A stretch of 32,000 bases of DNA from Thermofilum adornatum (GTDB lineage: Archaea > Thermoproteota > Thermoprotei > Thermofilales > Thermofilaceae), in contig NC_022093.1 of NCBI RefSeq assembly GCF_000446015.1, forward strand, positions 990,001 through 1,022,000, in the 5' to 3' direction. Numbering within the stretch: position 1 is the first letter of the stretch; every line of letters starts with the position of its first letter. A model generated the notes under the pieces. That model was not told the origin of the DNA. It saw only the letters and a list, made by a program, of their open reading frames with translations, and ran no database searches. The translations under genes and the position numbers were made by a program. Positions 1 to 8,460 of the stretch are shown here, piece by piece.

Positions 1-524
1 ACATAAAGAAGTACGAGGACAGCGGGCAATTTGCAATAGTTGATGCCTTTACTGGTGGTATTGGGGAAGCTGCCAAAAGAGAAAAATACGTGGTGACGAG
101 CATAGACGATGTTGGAGAATTGATAGATGTAGTTAAAACGGCGATCAAAGACGTGAAGGCGGAAAGAGTGGTCATAGACTCTGTTTCGACGCTCTACATG
201 AGTAAGCCAGCTGTGGCCAGGTCAGTAATGATGCAACTTAAAAGGGTTCTCTCGGGTCTGGGGGCAACATCAATTCTAGTGTCTCAGGTCAGCGTCACTG
301 AGAGAGGCTTCGGCGGGCCAGGCGTAGAACACGCGGCCGACGGAATAGTAAGGCTAGATCTCGACGAGGTAAACGGCGAACTAGTGAGGTCTCTAATTGT
401 CTGGAAGATGAGGGGGACAAAGCACGACATGAAGAGGCGGCCCTTCGACATAACGGACAAGGGCATAGTTGTCTATAGCGATAGGGTAATAAAGCTGAGA
501 GGAACAATGTATAGTGGTGAGTAA
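1..524 (+). CDS. KaiC-like / RadA-paralog RecA-superfamily ATPase, C-terminal part (5' end outside the window)
   Basis: Frame 3 is open from base 3 ([31 protein letters not shown]...) and runs into the listed 90..524 ORF, so the ATG at 90 is internal. [40 protein letters not shown] and [11 protein letters not shown]...[12 protein letters not shown] match the usual core and C-terminus of single-domain archaeal KaiC-like ATPases. Confidence 0.8.
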   Translation, partial: IKKYEDSGQFAIVDAFTGGIGEAAKREKYVVTSIDDVGELIDVVKTAIKDVKAERVVIDSVSTLYMSKPAVARSVMMQLKRVLSGLGATSILVSQVSVTERGFGGPGVEHAADGIVRLDLDEVNGELVRSLIVWKMRGTKHDMKRRPFDITDKGIVVYSDRVIKLRGTMYSGE

Positions 525-525
525 A

Positions 526-957
526 ATGGAGGTACCCCTGAAGCCCTTAGGTAAAGAAGACACCAGGAAACTAGAACTTGCACTCATTTTTGGCACGTTA
601 ATGAGGCAAGACGTATTAGAGAAAATAAGGAACGCAGAGGACAAGATAACCTGGCTAGATTCTTTGATCATAGCCTCCGGGGCGCTAGCTAGGGAGAGAG
701 CCGGCATGCCAGTCACAAAGATAGCAGAGGAGCTCGGCAGAACCGAGGCAACAATCAGAAACCACCTGACTGGGAAAACTGAGGCAGGCAAAATAGTCAA
801 AGAAACATACGAATTACTCGTTAAAAAAGGCGGCAAGCTAGAGTTCCTGATACCGGGAGGCGAAGAAATCGAAAAACTGAGACGTGAAAACGAGGAACTC
901 AAAAAGAAAATAGAAAACGTGAAGCAAGCCCTCCAAAGCTTACTTTCAACCCTTTAG
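526..957 (+). CDS. small HTH-containing putative regulator with C-terminal coiled coil, coupled to the KaiC-like gene
   Basis: ATG 526 follows the upstream TAA (522-524) after a 1-nt spacer and sits 4 nt after GGTGAG (516-521). The track's GTG 514 start is probably over-extended. PVTKIAEELGRTEATIRNHLTG reads as a helix-turn-helix. EIEKLRRENEELKKKIENVKQAL is heptad-like. Confidence 0.6.
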   Translation: MEVPLKPLGKEDTRKLELALIFGTLMRQDVLEKIRNAEDKITWLDSLIIASGALARERAGMPVTKIAEELGRTEATIRNHLTGKTEAGKIVKETYELLVKKGGKLEFLIPGGEEIEKLRRENEELKKKIENVKQALQSLLSTL

Positions 958-2595
958 AAGCTCACCGTATATAGCTGACGCTGTCGCTGCAGACGCGCTC
1001 CAACTAAAGTATTTTTCTACCCTTTCTATACAGTTCTTCCTCAAAATCTCGCCAGCGTCCGGGTATTCCTCTAGCAACCTAACAAGCTTCTCGTTGCCAA
1101 TCTTCTTTAAATACCACCCCAAGTTACCGGTATTTGAAGCCTCCATGAACGCCAGCATGTCTCTCAAGGCCTCGCCTAACTCATATGGGTCGCCCGGAGG
1201 AACAAGTAGCCCTGTGCCTTTGTCTCCATGATCATTTACGTCTAGGACAATTTCTTTTAGGCCACCAGTGCGAGACGCTACAAGTGGGTTACCAGTAGCC
1301 ATGGCTTCGAGCGCCATTATCCCAAAGGGTTCCCACCTCGAGGGGGCGAAAAACACGTCTGACGCTAGGTGCGCCAGCTTGTAGATTGAAGGCGCAACTC
1401 CATATATCACGCGTACATTTTCTGGATAGCTCCTCTGGAGATCAGCTAGCTGATAAATATAATCTTCTCCTCCCCACACAGGCAAAACTAGAAACACGAA
1501 CTTTGCGTTTCCGAGCTCTCTAAGCACACGCGGGACAGCCTCAACCATCAAGTCAAAGCCCTTCTGTCTAGCCAGTCTACCTGTTGTTATCGCCAAGGGA
1601 CCGTCAAAGAGAAATGGCTCCGGCTTTCCATTTTCACGGAGAGGAGGCAGCGAAATGTCTTGAATAATCTTTTTTATCCTCTCGTCTGGAATCACTGGCT
1701 CTTCACTTCTAAGCGATGCTATCCCCCTCAGTAGAAAGTATTTTCTAAGATCCAGCCGCCTGTTGAGATTTGTCTCTCCAGAAAAATCGATAATATTATT
1801 TCCATGTTCCCGAAGGACTTCTGCTTTTGCATTTTCAAACGTCCAGTCGGTCGCGTTATAGATAACGCGTGATTTTTCAGAGAAGCCGTGTCCCAGAAAA
1901 GGTAAAACCTCGTCATGTAGGTATGCCTTGCTCACTGTGATTAATCTGTCAGCCTCGTAGGCCCCCACCTTCTCGGCGATAAAGTTTGAGCGCGCGAGGG
2001 CTTCTTCAAGGGTATATGTCTCTTTTCTTCCATCTATACGTATTTCGTGTACCCAGTCTAGTGGGACTCCAAGCTCTGGAAAAATCTCGGGCTTGATTCT
2101 TCTCTTCACAAGTAGATGTATATGGAAAGCAGAGTACCATTTCCCGGAGGGAAAATCATGCTTCAACTTTATGAGCGAATAGACGCTGTGCCAGTCGTGG
2201 AAGTGAATAATATTTGGGAATCCGCCTAGCAACTCATCTGCCCTCGACAAGAAAATGGATAGAGAAGTGGCGAAAAGCTTAACCTTGCTCTCCATGACGT
2301 CTTCTGAATACACTGCCGAGTTGCTCAAGACAGAGCCGGAGAAAAGTAGAAATGTGACATTGTACCATGTCCCTATTCCGACGAAGACTTCTCCCATTGG
2401 AGTAGTAAACGAATCAATTATTTTTTCGCCACGGGAACCAGTCGGCGCATGTGAGGGCAGAGCAACAAGGCTTCTCCACCCTAGACTTGAGAGATACCTT
2501 GCAAGGTTGCTTGGAACCTCTGCCAAGCCGCCTACCTTTACGAAGGGAGTAGCCTCGAACGTAACCATTAGTACGGATTTTCCGTTCACTGCCAA
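946..2595 (-). CDS. glgA: glycogen (starch) synthase, GT-B glycosyltransferase
   Basis: 549-aa ORF. It has the N-terminal FVKVGGLAEV motif (K-x-GGL) and a C-terminal E-x7-E block (SRWEPFGIMALEAMATG). It overlaps the upstream GH57 gene by 10 nt, which indicates one operon. Confidence 0.9.
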   Translation of the reverse strand: MAVNGKSVLMVTFEATPFVKVGGLAEVPSNLARYLSSLGWRSLVALPSHAPTGSRGEKIIDSFTTPMGEVFVGIGTWYNVTFLLFSGSVLSNSAVYSEDVMESKVKLFATSLSIFLSRADELLGGFPNIIHFHDWHSVYSLIKLKHDFPSGKWYSAFHIHLLVKRRIKPEIFPELGVPLDWVHEIRIDGRKETYTLEEALARSNFIAEKVGAYEADRLITVSKAYLHDEVLPFLGHGFSEKSRVIYNATDWTFENAKAEVLREHGNNIIDFSGETNLNRRLDLRKYFLLRGIASLRSEEPVIPDERIKKIIQDISLPPLRENGKPEPFLFDGPLAITTGRLARQKGFDLMVEAVPRVLRELGNAKFVFLVLPVWGGEDYIYQLADLQRSYPENVRVIYGVAPSIYKLAHLASDVFFAPSRWEPFGIMALEAMATGNPLVASRTGGLKEIVLDVNDHGDKGTGLLVPPGDPYELGEALRDMLAFMEASNTGNLGWYLKKIGNEKLVRLLEEYPDAGEILRKNCIERVEKYFSWSASAATASAIYGELLKG

Positions 2596-4517
2596 GCCAG
2601 TAGCACCTCGGTCTCAAAGATTTCGCCTGGATTCAGCGCGACAGTATAGTTAAAGCTTATCCCTGCGCCCTGGAACTCGCTCTTCAGACCCTTCTCTGTC
2701 CTGAACCATGTAAGTATTGGTGCCACCCATACTTCTGCGTGTTTGGTCGAGGCTACACTTAGATGTCCCGCGGAGGTCTTAAAGTCTACTTTCCTAGACC
2801 ATGGAGAAGAGAAATATTCAGTGGCCTTCTGGCTGTAGTTGTCATCAACTACGAACAGGGGCTCTTCCTGGCTATCGGGTGAAAGCCTAGGCAACAGGTG
2901 GAGTTCCACTGAGAGTTTTAGCTCGATAAATCTTTTTTCAAGATTTCTCCATCTATATGCAACCCTGAGGCCTTTACCCTCATTTACAAGCTCATAGACC
3001 TTTACCAAGTGGATCCTAGCTGGGCTCCGTCTATCGCTCCAGTCCCGACCAGTATAAGAGAGAACAATTTTGCCGTCCCCCACACCTTCGACAACGTACT
3101 CCCCCAATGCAAAGTCACTCGTGTCGATGAAGGGCCTATTATTTATCCAGTCATAGACATTTGCATCCCTGCGCCATATGTGTTCCCTGAAGGATACACG
3201 TCTATACCAGTCAGGGGTTAGGCTTTTTTCTCCTTGTAGATATGGCTCCGGGTAACGCGACATGGTTGATACCAGATTGTGCTCGGCGCCAGGCGTCTTA
3301 ACGTCTAGCTCAAATACGGAGCCGCCATCACTCGGCTTGATGTATACGTTTGTTTCTTTAGACTCGATGATTATCTCGTCTTTCCCATCCATGTCAAAGT
3401 CAAAGCTCTTTATTATAGAGGATGTTCCGAAATAATAGCTGGACTCTTCCTCTGCTATGCGCTCTGCACGGATAAGGTGGCTGTAAACCTCTTGCCTTAG
3501 TAGTGGGATATAGACTCCGCCAAATAGCCCGTGCCAATAGGCGTCGTTGCACTGTCCAAGCATGTATTCCCTCCAAGCTGATTCAGATGCGCCCAGCGAG
3601 GCTAGTTTCTCTCTGACATACAGCATCTTCTTGTGCATGTTGTTGACTTCCCTGTACTTTCTAAGGAAGTTTGGAAAATACCCCCCACTCCATTCCATCA
3701 TCTTGTCATAGCTACCCGGAGCCAGATAGGCGAGACCGCTAAAGCCATGTCTCTTGATATACTCGCTTGGGGTAATTAGCTCCACACTCGGGTCGCTTCG
3801 CAGTGACGAGAAAAAGATCCTCAGCCACTGCTCCGCGGCATAGGGGTCCCACCACTCGCCGAACTTTTCAGCGTCGCTACCCCACAACACATACAGGGAC
3901 CCATTGTCCGTGGCATAGTTACGAAGATAGTTGTAGACTTCTCCGTGTGGCTTCCAGGGGAGAATATACCTTATAGGCCCATCGATAAAAAACACACCGA
4001 TGGATTTGCCGCCGTACTCTGTGAGCACTGCCCGGTGGGCATCATCTCTCCAAAGCCCAGACCTATAGCCAACCTCATCGTCAACAATCACGTATCTATA
4101 GCCTGCGTCTCTCAGGAAAGGAGGAAGCGTAGGGTCCCAAACCCTCTCGGGTAGCCAGAGACCCCTAGGAGTGACACCTAGGCTTTTTTCGACTAGCTTA
4201 ACTCCTTCCCTAAGCTGTCGGGCCCTGTCCTCCCATGGGAGGATAGCCAGTATGCTCTCAGAAAAAGTCCCCCCCAACACCTCGAAGTTGCTGTTCTTGA
4301 TTAATTCGCGCATTTCGCTCAAATATTCAGGAAAATACTTTTCCCAATACATCAAAAGAGGGCCGCTAAAATGAAGGGTCAAATGTAGGTCCCGATATTC
4401 CTTTAAAATCCGAAGAAGCAACTCGTAGCTGTTACGCTGGACACGTTCAAGAACAAACCTATACTGCCCAATGGGCTGGTGGAAATGCAACACAAATATG
4501 AATGAAGTTTTAGCCAT
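2586..4517 (-). CDS. GH57-family alpha-glucan-active enzyme (alpha-amylase / 4-alpha-glucanotransferase type)
   Basis: 643-aa ORF with all five GH57 conserved regions visible: HFHQP, GGTFSE, WLPERVW (nucleophile Glu), GSDAEKFGEW (acid/base Asp) and CNDAYWHG. Confidence 0.9.
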   Translation of the reverse strand: MAKTSFIFVLHFHQPIGQYRFVLERVQRNSYELLLRILKEYRDLHLTLHFSGPLLMYWEKYFPEYLSEMRELIKNSNFEVLGGTFSESILAILPWEDRARQLREGVKLVEKSLGVTPRGLWLPERVWDPTLPPFLRDAGYRYVIVDDEVGYRSGLWRDDAHRAVLTEYGGKSIGVFFIDGPIRYILPWKPHGEVYNYLRNYATDNGSLYVLWGSDAEKFGEWWDPYAAEQWLRIFFSSLRSDPSVELITPSEYIKRHGFSGLAYLAPGSYDKMMEWSGGYFPNFLRKYREVNNMHKKMLYVREKLASLGASESAWREYMLGQCNDAYWHGLFGGVYIPLLRQEVYSHLIRAERIAEEESSYYFGTSSIIKSFDFDMDGKDEIIIESKETNVYIKPSDGGSVFELDVKTPGAEHNLVSTMSRYPEPYLQGEKSLTPDWYRRVSFREHIWRRDANVYDWINNRPFIDTSDFALGEYVVEGVGDGKIVLSYTGRDWSDRRSPARIHLVKVYELVNEGKGLRVAYRWRNLEKRFIELKLSVELHLLPRLSPDSQEEPLFVVDDNYSQKATEYFSSPWSRKVDFKTSAGHLSVASTKHAEVWVAPILTWFRTEKGLKSEFQGAGISFNYTVALNPGEIFETEVLLAWQ

Positions 4518-4537
4518 ACATGATACATGGAAACGTG

Positions 4538-4547
4538 TAAAATAAAA
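4538..4547 (-). promoter_or_regulatory. TATA-like box for the GH57-glgA operon
   Basis: The minus strand reads TTTTATTTTA, centred about 25 nt upstream of the ATG at 4517. This is consistent with a leaderless or short-leader archaeal promoter. Confidence 0.45.
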
Positions 4548-4578
4548 CGTTTACGTAAGGCATACAGTGGAACCAGAA

Positions 4579-4653
4579 TGGTGGACCGGCCGGGATTCGA
4601 ACCCGGGACCACCCGCATGCCAAGCGGACATCCTCCCACTAGACGACCGGCCC
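4579..4653 (-). tRNA. tRNA-Ala (anticodon GGC) with genomically encoded CCA
   Basis: The minus strand reads GGGCCGG-TC-GTCT-AGTGGGA-GGAT-G-TCCGC-TTGGCAT-GCGGG-TGGTC-CCGGG-TTCGAAT-CCCGG-CCGGTCC-A-CCA. This gives a 7-bp acceptor stem with the G3:U70 alanine identity pair, anticodon loop TT-GGC-AT, a GTTCGAATC T-loop, A73 and CCA. Folded by hand. Confidence 0.9.
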
Positions 4654-4680
4654 CCGTTTTATGTTTAGAATACTAGAGAT

Positions 4681-4688
4681 TTTAAATA
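4681..4688 (-). promoter_or_regulatory. TATA-like box for tRNA-Ala
   Basis: The minus strand reads TATTTAAA, centred about 32 nt upstream of the mature tRNA 5' end at 4653. Confidence 0.4.
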
Positions 4689-4749
4689 GTTTTCGTGCTC
4701 TTGTGCCGGTTGAGTGGATAAATTGTTCTAATGTGGGCTCCGATGCGCG

Positions 4750-4761
4750 AAATTTATTTTT
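4750..4761 (+). promoter_or_regulatory. TATA-like box for proS
   Basis: AAATTTATTTTT is centred about 30 nt upstream of ATG 4786, with no SD motif in between. This suggests a leaderless transcript. Confidence 0.45.
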
Positions 4762-4785
4762 GGGTACTTTCATGAATGAAACCAT

Positions 4786-6240
4786 ATGAGTGAGCAGGGA
4801 ATAACCGTTAAAAAGAGTGAGAACTTTTCAGAGTGGTACTCCCAGGTACTTATAAAGGCCGGCCTAGTAGACCTGCGTTACAACGTGCAAGGCTTCATTG
4901 TTCACAGGCCGTGGCTCATGAGGATAATCAGGGCGATTTACCGTATGTTCGAGGAGGAGCTAGAGAAGACTGGTCATGAGCCGGTTCTCTTCCCACTCGT
5001 TATACCAGAGGAGAACTTCGAAAAAGAAAAGGAGCATGTAGAGGGCTTTAGGGCCGAGGTTTTCTGGATAACTGAGGTGGGGGATGGAAGCGAGAAGCTT
5101 GACCGCAAACTCGCTCTAAGACCTACAAGTGAGACGGCCTTTTACTACATGTATTCCTATTGGATTCAGAGCTGGAGAGACCTACCTCTAAAACTCTATC
5201 AAAGTGTAAGCGTGTACAGGTACGAGAAGAATACACGTCCACTAATGCGTGGACGCGAGTTTCTCTGGATCGAAGCCCATGACGCCTTCGCGACGCACGA
5301 AGAGGCTTTGCAACAGATACGGGAGGACATGGAGAATTCCAGGAAGGTGATCTGGGAGAAGCTTGGTATACCGTTCTTGTTCCTTAGACGTCCGCCTTGG
5401 GACAAGTTTGGCGGCGCAGAGGACACCTACGCCGCGGACACCATTATGCCGGATGGAAGAGTTCTCCAGATTAGTTCAACGCATGACCTGGGTCAGAGAT
5501 TTGCAAAACCCTTTAATGTCACTTTCCTTGACAAAGATGGCCAGAGAAAATATGTTTGGCAGACCTGTTATGGTCCAGGAGTATGGAGAATAGCTGCAGC
5601 CCTCATTAGTATCCATGGAGACGACAAGGGACTTGTTCTGCCAGTAGAAGTTGCACCAGTTCAGGTAATAATCATCCCGATATATTACAAAGATGCAGAC
5701 AAAGAAAAAGTCTTGGGGAAATGCAGACGTCTAGAAGAACTCTTAAAAGGAGCCGGCTACAGGGTTCAAGTAGACGCGCGCGAAGAGTACACGCCAGGAT
5801 ACAAGTTCAACGAATGGGAACTTAAAGGAGTACCAATACGTCTCGAAGTAGGGGTCAAAGAGGTTGAAACAAACACCGTGACTGTTTTTAGGCGCGACCT
5901 GTTGCGAAAGGAGAAAGTCCCAGACGAAAAACTCCTAGAACATATTAAATACCTCGAGGGAGCCATCTTAGAAGAACTCAAAAATAGGGCAAAGAACTTC
6001 TTTGAAAGCAGAATCGTAAATGCTACAAGCAGGCAAGAGGTGAAGGAAGCCCTAAGAAGCGGAAAAATAGTTAAGATGCCGTTCTGTGGACGGGAGGAAT
6101 GTGCAAACGACCTGAAGGAGGCCACAGACGGTGGAAAGATAAGGGGGACCGAGATAGATTTCAAGGAGGGAGACTACGGCAAGTGTGCCTGGTGCGGAGC
6201 ACCTGCAAGACAAATAGTATATGTGGCCAAGGCGTATTAG
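4786..6240 (+). CDS. proS: prolyl-tRNA synthetase, archaeal/eukaryotic type (class IIa)
   Basis: 484 aa. Recognisable blocks are FSEWYSQVLIKAGL, LRPTSETAFYYMY and RGREFLWIEAH. The C-terminal Zn-binding domain (CGREEC...CAWCG) ends in the conserved terminal Tyr (...VAKAY). Confidence 0.95.
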   Translation: MSEQGITVKKSENFSEWYSQVLIKAGLVDLRYNVQGFIVHRPWLMRIIRAIYRMFEEELEKTGHEPVLFPLVIPEENFEKEKEHVEGFRAEVFWITEVGDGSEKLDRKLALRPTSETAFYYMYSYWIQSWRDLPLKLYQSVSVYRYEKNTRPLMRGREFLWIEAHDAFATHEEALQQIREDMENSRKVIWEKLGIPFLFLRRPPWDKFGGAEDTYAADTIMPDGRVLQISSTHDLGQRFAKPFNVTFLDKDGQRKYVWQTCYGPGVWRIAAALISIHGDDKGLVLPVEVAPVQVIIIPIYYKDADKEKVLGKCRRLEELLKGAGYRVQVDAREEYTPGYKFNEWELKGVPIRLEVGVKEVETNTVTVFRRDLLRKEKVPDEKLLEHIKYLEGAILEELKNRAKNFFESRIVNATSRQEVKEALRSGKIVKMPFCGREECANDLKEATDGGKIRGTEIDFKEGDYGKCAWCGAPARQIVYVAKAY

Positions 6241-6713
6241 CGCACGTGTTGTGAATTGTTTTCCTTTAAGTCAAGCATGTAGATGTACGCGTCGGAACCA
6301 TCTGCATAGTAGTTTGTTCTCATACCTACCCTCTTGAAGCCGAATTTTTCATAGAGCGCTATAGCTACAGTGTTCTGGGTGCTGACCTCTAAAAGGATCT
6401 TTTCGATTCCCATGCTTTTGGCTAGTTTTATAGTTTCTTCGAGAAGCATTCTTCCGATACCCTTTCCTCTGAATCCCTCAATAACTGCCACGCTGTGTAT
6501 ATGTAGGCTCTGGTTCTCGATGCAGGAGACGATATATCCGATCGTTAGTCCCTTGTAGTCTGCCACCAGAAAAAAGTCTCGGCACTTCTCGTAGAGTTCA
6601 AACAGGTAGTAGAATGGGAACGCGTCTAGGCCGAATACTTTTTCCTCGATCTCAGCGATGTAGAAAAGGTCTCCTGGCTCGATTTTTCTAACTTTTATAT
6701 CCAAGATTTCCAC
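6237..6713 (-). CDS. rimI: GNAT N-alpha-acetyltransferase (RimI / archaeal Ard1-like)
   Basis: Acetyl-CoA motif VAVIEGFRGKGIGRMLLEE, followed by ALYEKFGFKRV...YYADGSDAYIYM, close to Sulfolobus Ard1. I place the start at GTG 6713 (VEILDIKVRKIEPGD...). The track's ATG 6818 would add 35 non-GNAT residues lying inside the upstream MBL gene. Confidence 0.8.
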   Translation of the reverse strand: MEILDIKVRKIEPGDLFYIAEIEEKVFGLDAFPFYYLFELYEKCRDFFLVADYKGLTIGYIVSCIENQSLHIHSVAVIEGFRGKGIGRMLLEETIKLAKSMGIEKILLEVSTQNTVAIALYEKFGFKRVGMRTNYYADGSDAYIYMLDLKENNSQHVR

Positions 6714-7461
6714 CTTCCAGGATAAATTTATCCATGGGTTTAGGGATAAACGTGTTGCTAAAAATCTTCTTTGCCGAAGAAAGGTATGTTTCTTCGATTT
6801 GAGGACCAAGCCTAGCATACGGCAAATGTATCAGCGCCAGATACTTTGCGTTGACTTTTCTAGCAGTATTCGCCGCTTGTATAGGTGTTGAGTGGCCGTC
6901 TTTTTCTGCTTCTTCCTCCATGCCTGGAGGGTAAGTTGCCTCATGTATTAGGAGGTCGCAGTCCCGGAAGCCCTCTTCGAGTTCACGAGTGGGAGAGGTG
7001 TCCCCCGTGTAACATACTGAAGCGTCTCGGAAGTCCAGTCTAGCGGCTAGGGCTTTAACTGTGTGTTTTGCACGGTAAAAGCTGATATTACCAATTTTTG
7101 TGGAGGGCTCCGCCTCGAAGAAAACACCGTGTGAAAGTATGTCTTGATACTTGGATGGATGAATTTCTCTTAGAAGATTTTCAAAGAATTTATGGGTTCC
7201 TGTAGGACCAATTACCTGGATGCGTCTTCCTTTACCCTCTATCCATAAGTGCCACAAAAGCTCTAAAACACCGAGAGAATGATCCGGGTGTACATGTGTC
7301 AGCAAAATTAACTGGATTTTATCCAGCCAGCCTAGCCTGGAAAGAGTGTATGGGCAGGGTGAGGGACAGTCAAGCAGAATGTTGTCTACAAGGATCGAGG
7401 GAGTAAAATTGTCCCCGAAAAAAGTGCTTCCAGCGGTTCCCAAAAAGACTATTTCAACCAT
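6688..7461 (-). CDS. metallo-beta-lactamase-fold hydrolase, RNase Z/ElaC-like
   Basis: The N-terminus VFLGTAGS is followed by the HxHxDH motif (THVHPDHSLG). Later ligand positions are AKHTV, YTGDTS, LIHEATY and LIHLP. At 257 aa it is shorter than typical RNase Z, so substrate assignment is tentative. Confidence 0.65.
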   Translation of the reverse strand: MVEIVFLGTAGSTFFGDNFTPSILVDNILLDCPSPCPYTLSRLGWLDKIQLILLTHVHPDHSLGVLELLWHLWIEGKGRRIQVIGPTGTHKFFENLLREIHPSKYQDILSHGVFFEAEPSTKIGNISFYRAKHTVKALAARLDFRDASVCYTGDTSPTRELEEGFRDCDLLIHEATYPPGMEEEAEKDGHSTPIQAANTARKVNAKYLALIHLPYARLGPQIEETYLSSAKKIFSNTFIPKPMDKFILEGGNLGYKS

Positions 7462-7500
7462 CTATAATCATTCATAAGAATAAAGAATGTTTAATTAAGA

Positions 7501-8325
7501 TTACTCTAGCACCTCTAATGCTCTTCTCAGAGTCGATATAGTGATCTTCGCGGCAGCCTCAAAATCTGGCTTTGTCTGTATTTCGGCTGATACGTATCCC
7601 ATGTAACCAGTGTCTCTCAATGCCCCCAGGATTCTAACAAAGTCTAGGTGGCCCATTCCGGGCGCAAGCCTGTTGCTGTCAGCTACATGAAAGTGCCCAA
7701 TTTTTTCCCCGGCAAGCCTTATTGCTTCTTCTATGCTTCTTTCCTCTATATTCATGTGGAAGGTGTCTAGCAACAAGTAGACGTTGTCTGCTCCCAGCTC
7801 TTCTAGGAACCTTAATCCTTCCTCTACTCGGTTGATAAGCTTTGATTCATACCTGTTGAGTGGCTCGAGGTACACGAGTACATTCTTTTTGGAGGCTTCT
7901 TCGGCAATTTTTTTCATTTCTTCTAGCAGGAGGTTAATTGGTTGGTCGATTTGTTCCCACTCTTCGCCTTTTCCCCTGATTAGCCCTATGATTACGCCCT
8001 TGATATCGCTACGTGAAGCGGCGTCGATTATTTTTCCTATTTTTTCTCTGGCTCTCGTCCTAAGGCTTTCGTCAGGTGAAGTGAGACTAAGCCCAAAATG
8101 TAGGTAGTTAAGCCCCGTCCCAACTGCGGGAATTTCTAGCCCATGATCTTTAACTATTTTTGATAGTTCTCCTACTTCCTCTGGCTCAAGGACAGAAATT
8201 TCTACCCCATCATATCCCAGCTCGCTCAAAAGACGTACAGCAGGCTCAGGATCCACCTTGGCGACTGCTTCGAAACGTGCCCTAGCGTATGCAATAACCA
8301 TGGATAATTTTGGTTTAGACGGCAT
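7501..8325 (-). CDS. xylose-isomerase-like TIM-barrel sugar(-phosphate) isomerase/epimerase
   Basis: 274 aa with the family's metal-ligand pattern: GYDGVEI, YLEPLNRYES, LLLDTFHMNIEE, HFHVADSNR and VSAEIQ. Confidence 0.75.
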   Translation of the reverse strand: MPSKPKLSMVIAYARARFEAVAKVDPEPAVRLLSELGYDGVEISVLEPEEVGELSKIVKDHGLEIPAVGTGLNYLHFGLSLTSPDESLRTRAREKIGKIIDAASRSDIKGVIIGLIRGKGEEWEQIDQPINLLLEEMKKIAEEASKKNVLVYLEPLNRYESKLINRVEEGLRFLEELGADNVYLLLDTFHMNIEERSIEEAIRLAGEKIGHFHVADSNRLAPGMGHLDFVRILGALRDTGYMGYVSAEIQTKPDFEAAAKITISTLRRALEVLE

Positions 8326-8460
8326 GATGTTCTAAGGTGGTTACCTATCTTAATAAGGATTGTTATTATTGAGTTATTATATCCTTTATAGTTCCCTTTT
8401 TTAAACATTTTCCGAATCAAATATTAAGAGTTATTAGACAGACATAGACGGCGAAAGAAA
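8326..8460. promoter_or_regulatory. divergent promoter region between the TIM-barrel gene and the MDR dehydrogenase gene
   Basis: 135-nt A/T-rich spacer. The minus strand has TTATTAAGA (8348-8356) about 27 nt upstream of ATG 8325. The plus strand has AAATATTAAGAG / GTTATTAGA (8419-8438) 25-36 nt upstream of ATG 8461. It also contains three GTTATTA copies (see findings). Confidence 0.4.

Noticed and set aside
393-902. Long antisense/shadow ORFs in the track (393-902, 2255-2653, 8524-8883, 9151-9507, 10691-10966, 16121-16483, 21795-22229, 25390-25767, 27457-27885, 27981-28325, 30168-30593 and others)
   Set aside because: Each lies entirely opposite, or out of frame within, a gene with clear family motifs. 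Their translations are low-complexity (Ser/Leu/Arg/Pro-rich) and have no recognisable motifs or start-site signals.
4403-4639. 78-aa minus-strand ORF spanning the GH57 start region and the tRNA
   Set aside because: It reads through the tRNA-Ala gene and the GH57 promoter. The translation (…GSNPGRSTILV…) is simply the tRNA T-arm read as protein.
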